A stretch of DNA of 64,000 nucleotides from an uncultured Actinomycetota bacterium (GCA_964529285.1 CAZGWK010000008.1:9993-73992), one strand, 5' to 3'. Positions 31,132 to 41,532 are shown, numbered from the stretch's first letter. Numbers and translations are program-made. The notes: a model not told the origin generated them from the letters alone.

Positions 31132-32406
31132 ATGAAAGTTCTGGTGGTGGGAGGAGGGGGGAGGGAACACGCCCTCACCTGGAAGATAGCGCAGTCCCCT
31201 CTGGCCAGCGCTATATGGTGCGCACCCGGGAACGCGGGCATGGCATCCGTAGCGGAATGCGTGGATATAGGAACCGGGGATATCGAGGCCCTGGCCGGAT
31301 TCGCCCAGGAGAAGAAGATCGACCTCACCGTGGTGGGACCCGAGGCTCCGCTTGTCGCGGGCATCGCCGACCTGTTCCAGGCCAGGGGCCTCGCGGTGTT
31401 CGGCCCCGGCCGCGAGGCGGCACAGATGGAGGGCAGCAAGGATTTCGCCAAGCGGCTCATGCTGGACGCTGGCGTACCCACGGGAAATGCGGAGGTCTTC
31501 AGCGATTACGAAGCAGCCGAGGCCTGCATATTGAACCGCGGCGCTCCTTACGTGGTCAAGGCTGATGGGCTGGCGGCGGGAAAGGGCGTGATCATCGCCC
31601 AGGATGACAGGGAGGCGTATGCGGCGCTGAAAGCCTGTTTCAAGGAGCGAGCCTTCGGCTCCTCCGGCGACAAGGTGCTCATCGAGGAGTTCCTGGAGGG
31701 GCAGGAGGTATCCATTCTCTGCTTCGTGGACGGCGAGGATATCCTGCCCATGGCTCCTGCCCAGGACTACAAACGTATCGGTGATGGCGACACCGGGCCC
31801 AATACGGGCGGCATGGGCTCCTACTCGCCCGTGCCGGTGCTCTCAGGCGAGGACTACCGGCGCGCGGTGGAGGAGATATTGCGGCCCACGGCAACGGCTC
31901 TCGCCGCACGGGGCATCCACTACAAGGGCATACTTTACGCCGGCCTCATCCTCACCGCCGAAGGGCCCAAGGTGCTCGAGTACAACGTGCGCTTCGGTGA
32001 CCCGGAGCTCCAGGCGGTGTTGCCGCGACTGGAGAGCGACATAGTCGAGGCCATGCTGGCGGTAGTGGAGGGCAGGCTGCCAGAGGTGAGCCTGGAGTGG
32101 AGGGATGACCCCTGCGTGACCGTGGTCGTCGCCTCGGGCGGCTACCCCGAGGATTACCGCAAGGGTTACCCCATAAGCGGCCTCGAGGAGGCGGAGTCCC
32201 TGCCGGGGGTCACCGTCTTTCACGCCGGGACCCGCCTCGGCGCGAAAGGAGAGGTCCTTACGAACGGGGGGCGTGTGCTGGGTGTGAGCGCCCTCGGCCC
32301 GGACTTCGCCGCCGCTCGCGGCAAAGCTTACGAGGCGGCGAATATGATAGACTTCACGGACATCTATTTCCGCAAGGATATAGCCCTGCGGACCTTGGAG
32401 GGGTGA
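31132..32406 (+). CDS. purD: phosphoribosylamine-glycine ligase
   Basis: MKVLVVGGGGREHALTWKIAQSP N-terminus with an ATP-grasp body. RBS GGGGAGG. The ORF-track start at 30784 is an upstream read-through with no homology. Confidence 0.92.
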   Translation: MKVLVVGGGGREHALTWKIAQSPLASAIWCAPGNAGMASVAECVDIGTGDIEALAGFAQEKKIDLTVVGPEAPLVAGIADLFQARGLAVFGPGREAAQMEGSKDFAKRLMLDAGVPTGNAEVFSDYEAAEACILNRGAPYVVKADGLAAGKGVIIAQDDREAYAALKACFKERAFGSSGDKVLIEEFLEGQEVSILCFVDGEDILPMAPAQDYKRIGDGDTGPNTGGMGSYSPVPVLSGEDYRRAVEEILRPTATALAARGIHYKGILYAGLILTAEGPKVLEYNVRFGDPELQAVLPRLESDIVEAMLAVVEGRLPEVSLEWRDDPCVTVVVASGGYPEDYRKGYPISGLEEAESLPGVTVFHAGTRLGAKGEVLTNGGRVLGVSALGPDFAAARGKAYEAANMIDFTDIYFRKDIALRTLEG

Positions 32407-32411
32407 TAGGT

Positions 32412-32870
32412 ATGTCTGCTCCCACCGTCGCCTTGCTCATGGGCTCCAAGTCGGACCTGCAAAAGGTCACCCCGGCGGAGGAGACCCTGGCCGAGATGGG
32501 CGTGCGCGTCAAGACCGCGGTGATATCCGCCCACCGCCAGCCGGAGAAACTGCGTGATTTCGTATCCTCCGCCCGCGATGAAGGAGTGGAGGTGTTCATC
32601 GCGGCGGCGGGGAAAGCCGCCCATCTTGCCGGCGTCGTGGCCTCCATGACCACCTTGCCCGTGGTCGGCCTGCCCATATCCTCGGCCGACCTGGGAGGCA
32701 TGGATGCGTTGCTGTCCATGGTGCAGATGCCGCGCGGCGTTCCCGTCGCCACCGTGGCCATCGATGGGGCGGAGAACGCTGCCCTCCTGGCTTGCGCTAT
32801 CCTGGCCTTGAAGTACGAGGGAGTGGCGGATGCCCTGGAGGCCTATCGCGGGAGAATGGCCGAGGCATGA
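32412..32870 (+). CDS. purE: 5-(carboxyamino)imidazole ribonucleotide mutase
   Basis: VALLMGSKSDL...AGKAAHL...PVVGLPI... PurE signatures. ATG at 32412 with GGAGGGG upstream. The GTG at 32403 overlaps the purD stop. Confidence 0.9.
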   Translation: MSAPTVALLMGSKSDLQKVTPAEETLAEMGVRVKTAVISAHRQPEKLRDFVSSARDEGVEVFIAAAGKAAHLAGVVASMTTLPVVGLPISSADLGGMDALLSMVQMPRGVPVATVAIDGAENAALLACAILALKYEGVADALEAYRGRMAEA

Positions 32871-32946
32871 CCCCACTGTTATCGCCGGGTCCTATGGGGC
32901 ATAATAGACTTGTGCCGGACGAGATGACTGGTAAAGGTTGGAAATA

Positions 32947-34248
32947 ATGATCTCGCGTTATACTCTGCCCGAGATGGCTGCCGTATGGAGCGAGCGCAAC
33001 AGGTTCCAGAAGTGGCTGGACGTCGAGATCCTGGCCGTGGAGGCCAGGGCGGAGCGCGGGGAGGTGCCGCGGGAGGCACTCGCGGAGATCAAGTCGAAAG
33101 CGACCTTCGACCCCGCACGTGTACTGGAGATCGAGGAGACGGTCAACCACGACGTCATCGCCTTCCTCACCAACGTGGCCGAGAACGTCGGCAGGAGCGC
33201 GCGCTTCATCCATTACGGCATGACATCCTCGGACATCCTTGATACCGGCCTGGCGCTGCAGATGCGTGAGGCCATGGACCTGATCATAGCGGAGGCACGC
33301 AACCTGGCCTTTCTCCTCAAGGAGAAAGGCATGGAGTACAGGCACATGGTCATGGTGGGGCGCACTCACGGCGTGCACGCAGAGCCCATGGTCTTCGGGC
33401 AGAAGCTTGCCCTGTGGGCTTTCGAGACCGTACGCGACGTGGAGCGGCTGCGGCGAGCGCGAGAGAGCGTAAACCGCGGCAAGCTCTCCGGCGCCGTCGG
33501 CACTTACGCTCACCTGGATCCCTGGATCGAGGCTTACGTCTGCGACAAGCTGGGCCTTGTGCCGGCGGAATGCTCGACACAGGTGCTGCAGCGCGACCGC
33601 CACGCCGAGTACTTATCGGCTATTGCCATAACCGGCTCCAGCCTGGGTAAGTTTGCGCTGGAGATAAGGGGGCTGCAGCGCTCTGAGATACTGGAGGCGG
33701 AGGAGCCTTTCCGCAGCGGCCAGAAGGGTTCGAGCGCCATGCCGCATAAGCGTAACCCCATCCTTTGCGAGCGCATCTGCGGTCTGGCGAGAGTACTGCG
33801 GGCCAATTCCCAGGCCGCCATGGAAGATGTCGCCTTATGGCACGAGCGGGACATTTCGCACTCCTCGGTTGAGCGCGTGATCATACCCGACTCGACCACG
33901 CTGCTCCACTACATTCTTATCAAGTTCCAGGATATCGTGCGCGACATGCACGTTTATCCGGAGAACATGCGGCGCAACCTGGAGCTTACCCATGGCCTGG
34001 TCTTCTCGGAGGGCGTACTCCTGGCCCTCGTCGACAAGGGGATGGCGCGGGAGGATGCCTATATAGCGGTGCAGCGCAACGCCATGCAGTCCTGGAGGAC
34101 GGGTGAGGACTTCCGCTCTCTGCTCGCGGCCGACGCGGAAGTGGCGGCCAGCCTGACTCCGCAAGAGCTGGATGCCTGTTTCGAACTGGGCCATCACCTT
34201 AGGCACACGGAAGAGGTCTTCGCGCGCCTGGATAGACTGGAAATATAG
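32947..34248 (+). CDS. purB: adenylosuccinate lyase
   Basis: MISRYTLPEMAAVWSERNRFQKWLDVEILAVEA closely matches the PurB N-terminus, and the fumarate-lyase signature GSSAMPHKRNP is present. Confidence 0.92.
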   Translation: MISRYTLPEMAAVWSERNRFQKWLDVEILAVEARAERGEVPREALAEIKSKATFDPARVLEIEETVNHDVIAFLTNVAENVGRSARFIHYGMTSSDILDTGLALQMREAMDLIIAEARNLAFLLKEKGMEYRHMVMVGRTHGVHAEPMVFGQKLALWAFETVRDVERLRRARESVNRGKLSGAVGTYAHLDPWIEAYVCDKLGLVPAECSTQVLQRDRHAEYLSAIAITGSSLGKFALEIRGLQRSEILEAEEPFRSGQKGSSAMPHKRNPILCERICGLARVLRANSQAAMEDVALWHERDISHSSVERVIIPDSTTLLHYILIKFQDIVRDMHVYPENMRRNLELTHGLVFSEGVLLALVDKGMAREDAYIAVQRNAMQSWRTGEDFRSLLAADAEVAASLTPQELDACFELGHHLRHTEEVFARLDRLEI

Positions 34249-34267
34249 AGAGACGGGAGACGAGAGT

Positions 34268-35224
34268 ATGGAGAAGAGAGAGCTCATCTACGAAGGGAAG
34301 GCGAAGATGGTCTTCGCCACCGACCAGCCGGGGCAGGTGATCCACGAGTTCAAGGACGACGCCACCGCCTTCGACGGCAAGAAGCGCGGGACCATCGCCG
34401 GCAAGGGCGGGACTAACGCGCAGATGTCGGACGTTATCTTCCGCTACCTGGAGAAGAAGGGCGTGCATACCCACCATATAAAGCTCATCTCGGACAGCGA
34501 GATCGTCACCTGGTGGCTGGAGATGTTCCAGGTGGAGATAATCGTGCGTAACTACGCCGCGGGAAGCCTGGCGAAACGGCTGGGATATGCGGAGAGGACG
34601 CAGATGAACTCCCCACTGGTGGAGTTCTACTACAAGAGCGACGAGCTGGGAGACCCCATGCTCTCGCGCGAGCATATCCGCGAGCTGGGGCTTGCCACGG
34701 ACGCCCAGCTGGACGAGATGGCCGCCATCGCTATCAAGGTGAATGACATCCTTACCCCCTACTTCGAAGCGCGCGGCCTCATCCTGGCCGATTTCAAGCT
34801 GGAGTTCGGGCAGAGGGGGGACAGGATATACCTGGGTGACGAGTTCAGCCCCGACGTATGCCGCCTCTGGGATATCGGAACGGGCGAGATCATGGACAAG
34901 GACCGTTTCCGTAAGGACCTGGGCGGGGAGGAGGAGGCATACGCCGAAGTGCTCAGGCGGGTGAAGGAGGAGGAAACAGGCTTGAGGGTATCCATCTACG
35001 TGTCCCCGAAGAAAGGCGTACTCGACCCCGCCGGGCAGGCTGCCCTCGGGGCGCTCAAGTCGCTGGGTTTCGGGGAGGTATCCGACGTCCAGATCGGAAA
35101 GTACATCATCCTGCGCCTGGAGGGTATCGAATCCGCCGGGGCGGAGGAGCGCGTGGAGGAGATGTGCGAGAGGCTGCTGGCCAACCCTATAATCGAGGAT
35201 TACCGTATCGAGATCGAGGACTAA
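34268..35224 (+). CDS. purC: SAICAR synthetase fused in frame to PurS (PurC-PurS)
   Basis: The first ~238 aa align end-to-end with PurC (ELIYEGKAK...LADFKLEFG...CRLWD). The last ~80 aa match PurS (VLDPAGQAALGALKSLGFGEVSDVQIGKYI...EEMCERLLANPIIEDYRIE). There is no stop codon between them. Confidence 0.85.
   Translation: MEKRELIYEGKAKMVFATDQPGQVIHEFKDDATAFDGKKRGTIAGKGGTNAQMSDVIFRYLEKKGVHTHHIKLISDSEIVTWWLEMFQVEIIVRNYAAGSLAKRLGYAERTQMNSPLVEFYYKSDELGDPMLSREHIRELGLATDAQLDEMAAIAIKVNDILTPYFEARGLILADFKLEFGQRGDRIYLGDEFSPDVCRLWDIGTGEIMDKDRFRKDLGGEEEAYAEVLRRVKEEETGLRVSIYVSPKKGVLDPAGQAALGALKSLGFGEVSDVQIGKYIILRLEGIESAGAEERVEEMCERLLANPIIEDYRIEIED
34982..35224 (+). CDS. purS: PurS (FGAM synthase subunit) module, possibly also translated on its own from an in-frame TTG
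   Basis: TTG at 34982 is in frame and lies 8 nt downstream of AAGGAGGAGG. Independent initiation is a hypothesis. Confidence 0.45.
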   Translation: MRVSIYVSPKKGVLDPAGQAALGALKSLGFGEVSDVQIGKYIILRLEGIESAGAEERVEEMCERLLANPIIEDYRIEIED

Positions 35225-35230
35225 CAAGTT

Positions 35231-35255
35231 GGGGTCAGGTCTCAAATGTTGACCT
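35231..35255. repeat. degenerate GGGGTCAG-family element right after the purC/purS stop (GGGGTCAGGTCTCAAATGTTGACCT)
   Basis: Shares the GGGGTCAGG and TGTTGACC modules with the 16.9 kb and 27.3 kb copies. Contains the inverted repeat AGGTC...GACCT. Confidence 0.5.
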
Positions 35256-35351
35256 TTCCTACCGTCGCGGGAGGCGAGCGGCGCGATGCATCCCGGAGAT
35301 GCAATGCTTCGGCCTGGCCGCGGAAGAACGAGTGACGAGGAGATTATCCAG

Positions 35352-36050
35352 ATGAGATTCGGCGTGGTTGTTTTCCCCGGTTCCAACTGCGAGATGGATT
35401 GCCATTACGTCATCGACAGGGTGTTGCGAGAGGACGTCGATTACGTCTGGCACCAGCAGACCGACGTATCCGCCTACGACTGCCTGGTGCTGCCGGGAGG
35501 GTTCTCTTATGGGGACTACCTGCGCTGCGGGGCGATCGCCCGCTTCAGCCCGATAATGGAGGCGGTGGCGGAGTTCGCGCACGGCGGAGGCCTGGTCATC
35601 GGTATCTGCAACGGCTTCCAGATCCTGCTCGAGGCGGGACTGCTCCCCGGAGCGATGCTGCGCAATACCAGCATGTCCTTCATCTGCCGCTTCGTCAGCG
35701 TGCGGGTAGAGAACGCGGATTCTCCCTGGACCAACGCCGCCCGGGCAGGGCAGGTGCTGCGCATACCCATTGCCCACGGCGAGGGCAATTACACCGCCGA
35801 CAGGGATACCCACGCCCGGCTGGTGGAGGAAGGGCGGGTTATCCTGCGCTACTGTGACGAAAGCGGAGAGCGGGGCGGTGGTTCCAACCCCAACGGTTCC
35901 CTGGACGATATCGCGGGCGTATGCAATGAGGGTTTCAACGTCTTCGGCCTCATGCCCCATCCCGAGCGCGCTTCCGAGGATTTCCTGGGCAGCACGGACG
36001 GGCTACTCATATGGGAGTCCGTCATGGCACATTACCGAGGAAGAGGGTAG
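35352..36050 (+). CDS. purQ: FGAM synthase glutaminase subunit
   Basis: [14 protein letters not shown]..., GICNGFQ catalytic Cys, HGEG/HPE His-Glu pair. RBS GAGGAG. Confidence 0.9.
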   Translation: MRFGVVVFPGSNCEMDCHYVIDRVLREDVDYVWHQQTDVSAYDCLVLPGGFSYGDYLRCGAIARFSPIMEAVAEFAHGGGLVIGICNGFQILLEAGLLPGAMLRNTSMSFICRFVSVRVENADSPWTNAARAGQVLRIPIAHGEGNYTADRDTHARLVEEGRVILRYCDESGERGGGSNPNGSLDDIAGVCNEGFNVFGLMPHPERASEDFLGSTDGLLIWESVMAHYRGRG

Positions 36051-36059
36051 GGTTGAGGT

Positions 36060-38267
36060 ATGGCTGAACTTTACGAAGAACTGGGCCTGACGGAGGACGA
36101 GTACCTCGATATAGTCCGGCTCCTGGGCCGGGAACCGAGCAAAGTCGAGCTGGGGATGTACTCGCTCATGTGGAGCGAACACTGTTCCTACAAGAGCTCG
36201 AAAATGGTGCTCTCTCAGCTTCCCACCCGCGCCTCTTACGTCCTGCAGGGCCCGGGGGAGAACGCGGGGATAATCGACATCGGAGGCGGGCTGGCGGTCG
36301 CCTTCAAAATAGAATCCCACAATCACCCCAGCGCGGTCGAGCCCTACCAGGGGGCGGCCACGGGCATCGGGGGGATCGTGCGCGACATCTTCACCATGGG
36401 CGCTCGCCCCATCGCCTGCCTCGACCCCCTGCGTTTCGGCAGCCTGGACAGCCCCCGCCAGCGTTATCTCTTCGGCGGTGTCATCGCCGGCATAGCCGGC
36501 TACGGCAACTGCCTTGGTATCCCCACCGTTGGCGGTGACATATATTTCGACGATTGTTACGACGGGAATATCCTCGTCAACGTGATGTGTATCGGCATCA
36601 TGGCCAAGGAAAACTTTATCCGGGGACAGGCCACCGGCGTAGGCAATGCGGTGGTGCTCATGGGCAACCGCACCGGCCGCGACGGTATCGGAGGCGCATC
36701 GATCCTGGCCTCCCAGGAATTCGACGAGACCAGCCAGGAGAAGCGGCCCAGCGTACAGGTGGGAGACCCGTTTACCGAAAAACTCCTCATCGAGGCCTGC
36801 CTGGAGCTCCTGGAGAAAAACCTGCTCGTCGGACTGCAGGACCTGGGTGCGGCCGGCATATCCTGCGCCTGCTCGGAGACGGCGGCGCGCGGGGGCGTGG
36901 GGATGAGTATCGACCTGGGCCGTGTACCCCTGAGGGAGGAGATGGACCCCTTCGAGATCATGATCTCGGAATCCCAGGAGCGCATGCTGGCCATCGCCGA
37001 GCCGGACAAGCTGGATGAGGTGCTGGATGTCTGCGAGAGGTGGGGGCTAAGTGCCGTCGTGATCGGTGAGGTGACGGATGGGGATACCCTCGAGATCAGC
37101 TGGTACGGCGAGAAGGTTGTAGAGGTACCGGCGTCATCCCTTGCCAACGGACCGGTCTACGACCGGGCCGCGGAAAGGCCTGCCTACATCGACGAGGTGC
37201 ACGCGGCCGACCTTGCCGCATTAGATCATCCCCCCGATCTCAACCGGGTGCTCCTGGACCTGGTGAGCGGGCCCAACCTTTGCGACAAGAGGATGGTCTA
37301 CGAGCAGTACGATCACATGGTACAGCTCAATACTGTCGTCTATCCGGGTTCCGATGCCGCCGTGCTGCGCGTAAAGGACACCAGCAAGGCCCTGGCCGTT
37401 TCGGTTGACGGTAACTCCCGCTACGTTTATCTCGATCCCCATGCGGGGACCCAGATAGCGGTGGCCGAGGCGGCGCGCAACGTGGTCGCAGCGGGGGGCG
37501 TACCCATGGCCCTCACCAACTGCCTTAACTTCGGCAACCCGGAGCGCCCCGATATCTTCTGGCAGTTCAAGGAGTCCGTGCGAGGCCTTGCCGAAGCGGC
37601 GCGTTACCTGGAGCTGCCCGTGGTGAGCGGCAATGTTAGTTTCTACAACGAATCTTTCGGAACGGCCATCTACCCCACCCCGGTGATCGGGATGGTAGGT
37701 CTCATAGGGAACCTGGACAACCGGCGCACCATCGCCTTCCCCGCAGAGGGCCTGGTGGTGTTGATGCTGGGAGATACCATGGATGAGCTGGGAGGTTCGG
37801 AATACCTCAAGCTTTCACACGCTATGGTGGCGGGCCGGCCTCCCGCGATCGATCTGCGCATGGAGAAAGGGGTCCAGACCACCTGCATCGAGGGCATCAG
37901 GAGGGGCATCATACTATCCGCCCACGACTGTTCGGAAGGGGGCGCGGCCGTTGCCCTCCTGGAGTGCTGCTGTGGCGGTGTGGGCGCGGACCTGAAGGTC
38001 GAAACCAGCCTTGCCCCGGCGAGCTGGTTGTTCAGCGAAAGCCAGTCCCGCTTCGTGGTGACCGTACGAGCTGAGGAACTCGAGGCGCTGCGCGGCCTCG
38101 CGAGCGCTCGCAAGGTAGCGGTGCACGTCCTGGGGAATTCCGGTGGTGACCGGCTCATTATCAACGATTGGATCGACCTCGGGGTGGGAGAGATGCGCGC
38201 GGCAAGGGAAGGGGCGCTCGAGGAAATGATGGATAAACAGGGAAGTGCAGGTTATGCAGAGCAATAA
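36060..38267 (+). CDS. purL: FGAM synthase large subunit
   Basis: 735 aa. LMWSEHCSYKSSK and tandem PurM-like domains. Confidence 0.95.
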   Translation: MAELYEELGLTEDEYLDIVRLLGREPSKVELGMYSLMWSEHCSYKSSKMVLSQLPTRASYVLQGPGENAGIIDIGGGLAVAFKIESHNHPSAVEPYQGAATGIGGIVRDIFTMGARPIACLDPLRFGSLDSPRQRYLFGGVIAGIAGYGNCLGIPTVGGDIYFDDCYDGNILVNVMCIGIMAKENFIRGQATGVGNAVVLMGNRTGRDGIGGASILASQEFDETSQEKRPSVQVGDPFTEKLLIEACLELLEKNLLVGLQDLGAAGISCACSETAARGGVGMSIDLGRVPLREEMDPFEIMISESQERMLAIAEPDKLDEVLDVCERWGLSAVVIGEVTDGDTLEISWYGEKVVEVPASSLANGPVYDRAAERPAYIDEVHAADLAALDHPPDLNRVLLDLVSGPNLCDKRMVYEQYDHMVQLNTVVYPGSDAAVLRVKDTSKALAVSVDGNSRYVYLDPHAGTQIAVAEAARNVVAAGGVPMALTNCLNFGNPERPDIFWQFKESVRGLAEAARYLELPVVSGNVSFYNESFGTAIYPTPVIGMVGLIGNLDNRRTIAFPAEGLVVLMLGDTMDELGGSEYLKLSHAMVAGRPPAIDLRMEKGVQTTCIEGIRRGIILSAHDCSEGGAAVALLECCCGGVGADLKVETSLAPASWLFSESQSRFVVTVRAEELEALRGLASARKVAVHVLGNSGGDRLIINDWIDLGVGEMRAAREGALEEMMDKQGSAGYAEQ

Positions 38268-38288
38268 AGCCAGGGGTGAAGACGGCAC

Positions 38289-39707
38289 ATGAGTTTTGAG
38301 CTGAACGAATCGTGCGGCGTGTTCGGGATCCATACCCGCGAGGACGACGTGGCTAAACTTACCTATTATGCCCTTTATGCCCTGCAGCACCGCGGGCAGG
38401 AGAGCGCGGGTATAGCCGTGTCCGACGGCAGGGAGACGCTCATGCTCAAGGACATGGGCATGGTGTCGCAGGTATTCAGCGAAAGAGACCTCAACAACCT
38501 CAAGGGGCACATAGCCATCGGCCACGTGAGGTATTCGACCACGGGCTCGACTTACTGGGAGAACGCGCAGCCGGTGCAGGTGCCGCGCCGGGGCGGCTCG
38601 GTGTTCGTGGCGCACAACGGCAACCTCATCAATACCGTCGAGCTGCGTGACGAGCTCAAGGCCGCGGGGTTCCGCTTCCGTTCCACCTCGGACACGGAGG
38701 TCATCGCGGTCATGCTGGCCCGTTCCAAGCAGTCCGATATCGTGGATGCCGTCAAGGAGGTCCTCCCCCGTCTCGTCGGGGCATACTCTCTCGCCATCAT
38801 GACGGAGGACAAGCTCATCGGGGCGAGGGACCCCTACGGCATCAGGCCCCTCTGCGTCGGTAGTTACAAGGACGGTTTCGCCATCTCCAGCGAGAGCGCG
38901 GGCCTGGATATCATCGGCGCCGAATACCTTGCAGAATTGCCCCCCGGGGAGATAGCCGTCATCGACGACGAGGGCCTTAAATCCGAGACGGCCCAGGAAG
39001 TGCGTAAACCGTCCCTGTGTATCTTCGAGATCATTTATTTCGCCCGACCGGATTCCATCATGTACGGCACCTACCTCTACCACGCTCGCAAGCACATGGG
39101 CATGAGCCTGGCGGATGAAGCGCCGGTGGAGGCGGACGTGGTCATGCCCATCCCCGATACGGGCGTGCCGGCGGCGATAGGATATTCCCAGGTCTCGGGC
39201 ATCCCTTTTGGCGAGGGATTGATCAAGAACCGCTACATAGGTCGTACCTTCATACAGCCCACCCAGGCTATCCGCCAGCTCGGGGTGCGCCTGAAGCTCA
39301 ACCCCCTAATCCATGACATCAGGGACAAGCGCCTGGTGGTCGTGGACGATTCCATCGTGCGCGGCAACACCACCAAGGAGATAGTTAAGATGCTCAGGGA
39401 CGCGGGGGCCAGGGAAGTTCACATGCGCATAAGCTCGCCCCCGGACAAGTATCCCTGTTTCTACGGTATTGACACCGCCATACGCAAGCAACTCATCGCA
39501 TCTTCCCGTAAGGTCGAGGATATTGGACGTTTCATCGGGGCCGACAGCCTGCACTACCTGAGCATGGACAGCCTGGTCAAGGCCACGCGCCGCCCCAAGG
39601 AGGATTTCTGCACGGCCTGTTTCGACGGGGAATATCCCATACCCGTCCCGGATGATTTCCTGATGAAAAAGTGCAGGTTAGAGGACGGCAGGGTGGGGGT
39701 ACAATAG
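38289..39707 (+). CDS. purF: amidophosphoribosyltransferase
   Basis: Mature N-terminal Cys (MSFELNESCGVFGI), PRTase motif VVVDDSIVRGNT, and C-terminal Fe-S cysteines. Confidence 0.95.
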   Translation: MSFELNESCGVFGIHTREDDVAKLTYYALYALQHRGQESAGIAVSDGRETLMLKDMGMVSQVFSERDLNNLKGHIAIGHVRYSTTGSTYWENAQPVQVPRRGGSVFVAHNGNLINTVELRDELKAAGFRFRSTSDTEVIAVMLARSKQSDIVDAVKEVLPRLVGAYSLAIMTEDKLIGARDPYGIRPLCVGSYKDGFAISSESAGLDIIGAEYLAELPPGEIAVIDDEGLKSETAQEVRKPSLCIFEIIYFARPDSIMYGTYLYHARKHMGMSLADEAPVEADVVMPIPDTGVPAAIGYSQVSGIPFGEGLIKNRYIGRTFIQPTQAIRQLGVRLKLNPLIHDIRDKRLVVVDDSIVRGNTTKEIVKMLRDAGAREVHMRISSPPDKYPCFYGIDTAIRKQLIASSRKVEDIGRFIGADSLHYLSMDSLVKATRRPKEDFCTACFDGEYPIPVPDDFLMKKCRLEDGRVGVQ

Positions 39708-39820
39708 ACCAGGCAGCGCGCGTGAGGGCGGCGATACCCCATGCATTTCCATGGGCGTTTCCGTGTCGGTATGCCGGAGCGTCTTATCCGGGTGCGAGAT
39801 GGACGAAAGGCAGGGTCGGA

Positions 39821-40885
39821 TTGGATAAGGAAAGCGAAAAGAGGAATTCCCGCGAGCCGCTTACGTATTACGACGCTGGAGTGGATATAGAGGCGGGCAA
39901 CAAGGCGGTGGAATTGATCGGGGAAGACGTAGCCTCCACCTTCCGGCCCGAAGTACTTTCCGAACTCGGAGGGTTCGGAGCACTTTTTTCCGCGCGGCTC
40001 GACGGCTACGAAGATCCCGTGCTGGTGTCCTCGGTGGACGGGGTGGGGACCAAGCTCAAGGTGGCCCAGATGCTCGACCGTCACGACACCATCGGCATCG
40101 ACCTGGTCGCCATGTGCGTCGACGACATCGTAACTTGCGGAGCCGAGCCCCTCTTTCTCCTGGACTACCTGGCCATGGGGAGGATCGATCCGCAGAAGGT
40201 AAAGGAAATCGTATCGGGTATAGCGCGCGGCTGCAGGCGCTGCGGCTGCGCCCTCGTAGGTGGCGAGACGGCAGAGCATCCGGGAGTGATGGGAGAGGAC
40301 GAATACGACCTTGCCGGCTTTGCGGTCGGGGTCGTGGACCGGGCAAGCATCATCGATGGATCCCGTATTGTACCTGGAGACGCCATCATCGGGTTGATGA
40401 GCACCGGTCTGCATTCCAATGGCTACTCCCTGGCGCGCAAGATATTCTTCGAGCTGAACGATTTCGACCCCGGCGACCGCCTGCGGGGACTGTCCGCCAC
40501 CCTGGGCGAGGAGCTTCTTACGCCGACCGAGATCTACGCCCCCGGTATCCTGCGCCTGGCGCGCGAGATGGACGTAAAGGGCGTGGTTCACTTCACGGGG
40601 GGCGGGCTCATCGAGAACATCCCGCGGGTGCTCCCGCCCGGTGTCGACGCTACTATCGACGTGACCAGCTGGCATGCGCCCAGCATCTTCAAGATCATCA
40701 AGGATATGGGAAAGGTCGAAGAAGTCGAGATGCTGAGGGCCTTCAATATGGGTATAGGCATGGCGGTCATCGTCGACGTGGGTGATTTCCGCCAGGCCTT
40801 GCACGTACTGAGCCTGGCCAACTACCGTGCCGTCCGCATCGGTGAGCTGCGCGAGGGTACCGGCGGCATCCGCATCACGCGCTGA
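39821..40885 (+). CDS. purM: AIR synthetase
   Basis: LTYYDAGVDIEAGN...GGFGALF... PurM signatures. The start is set at TTG 39821 (354 aa) because the ORF-track start at 39671 would add a 50 aa non-homologous extension overlapping purF. The start is uncertain. Confidence 0.85.
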   Translation: MDKESEKRNSREPLTYYDAGVDIEAGNKAVELIGEDVASTFRPEVLSELGGFGALFSARLDGYEDPVLVSSVDGVGTKLKVAQMLDRHDTIGIDLVAMCVDDIVTCGAEPLFLLDYLAMGRIDPQKVKEIVSGIARGCRRCGCALVGGETAEHPGVMGEDEYDLAGFAVGVVDRASIIDGSRIVPGDAIIGLMSTGLHSNGYSLARKIFFELNDFDPGDRLRGLSATLGEELLTPTEIYAPGILRLAREMDVKGVVHFTGGGLIENIPRVLPPGVDATIDVTSWHAPSIFKIIKDMGKVEEVEMLRAFNMGIGMAVIVDVGDFRQALHVLSLANYRAVRIGELREGTGGIRITR

Positions 40886-40908
40886 CATTCACGGAAGGGG
40901 GTGGGGGC

Positions 40909-41532
40909 TTGAGCAAGCCCTGCCGGCTGGGTATTCTCGTTTCGGGCAGCGGCACCAACATGGAGAATATCGCCGCTGAGATAGAGGAAGGCGGCCTGCG
41001 GGCGCGTATCGCCATAGTCATCAGCGACGTGGAGGATGCCTTTGCGCTGGTGCGGGCGAGAAGGCACGGCCTGCAAGCCGTCTACGTGGATCCCGATGCG
41101 TTTTCAAACCGTTCCGCCTACGACCGGGAAATCGCGCGCATCCTGCAGGAGAACAACGTGGATCTGGTGGTGTTGGCGGGATACATGCGCCTGGTGGGGC
41201 CGGAGTTCGTGGAGGCTTTCCGCAACCGCATCGTAAACATCCATCCCGCCCTGCTTCCCGCGTTCCCCGGAACCTCGGGAGTGGCCGATGCTCTTGCCTA
41301 CGGGGTAAAGGTCACCGGGGTCACCGTTCATTTCGTAGACGAGGGTCTGGACACCGGTCCCATAATCCTGCAGGACACCGTTCCCGTTCTTCCCGGGGAC
41401 GGTGAAGAAAGTCTGCACCAGCGTATCCACGAGGTGGAATACCGTCTTTATGCGCAGGCCATACGTTGCTTTTGCGAGGGGCGCCTGCGCGTGGAGGGAA
41501 GACGGGTACATATCCTCGAGGAAGGACCATAA
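40909..41532 (+). CDS. purN: phosphoribosylglycinamide formyltransferase
   Basis: LGILVSGSGTN, NIHPALLPAFPG, the GVTVHFVDEGLDTGPII folate-binding region. TTG start after GGAAGGGGGTGGGGG. Confidence 0.9.
   Translation: MSKPCRLGILVSGSGTNMENIAAEIEEGGLRARIAIVISDVEDAFALVRARRHGLQAVYVDPDAFSNRSAYDREIARILQENNVDLVVLAGYMRLVGPEFVEAFRNRIVNIHPALLPAFPGTSGVADALAYGVKVTGVTVHFVDEGLDTGPIILQDTVPVLPGDGEESLHQRIHEVEYRLYAQAIRCFCEGRLRVEGRRVHILEEGP

Noticed and set aside
32403-32870. Absence of purK next to purE
   Set aside because: This is only an observation. purK may lie elsewhere, or PurE may be a class II enzyme. It cannot be decided from this window.
35225-35351. Separate purS gene between purC and purQ
   Set aside because: The PurS module is already inside the purC reading frame (34982-35224). 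The 127 bp gap before purQ contains only a repeat element and the purQ RBS.
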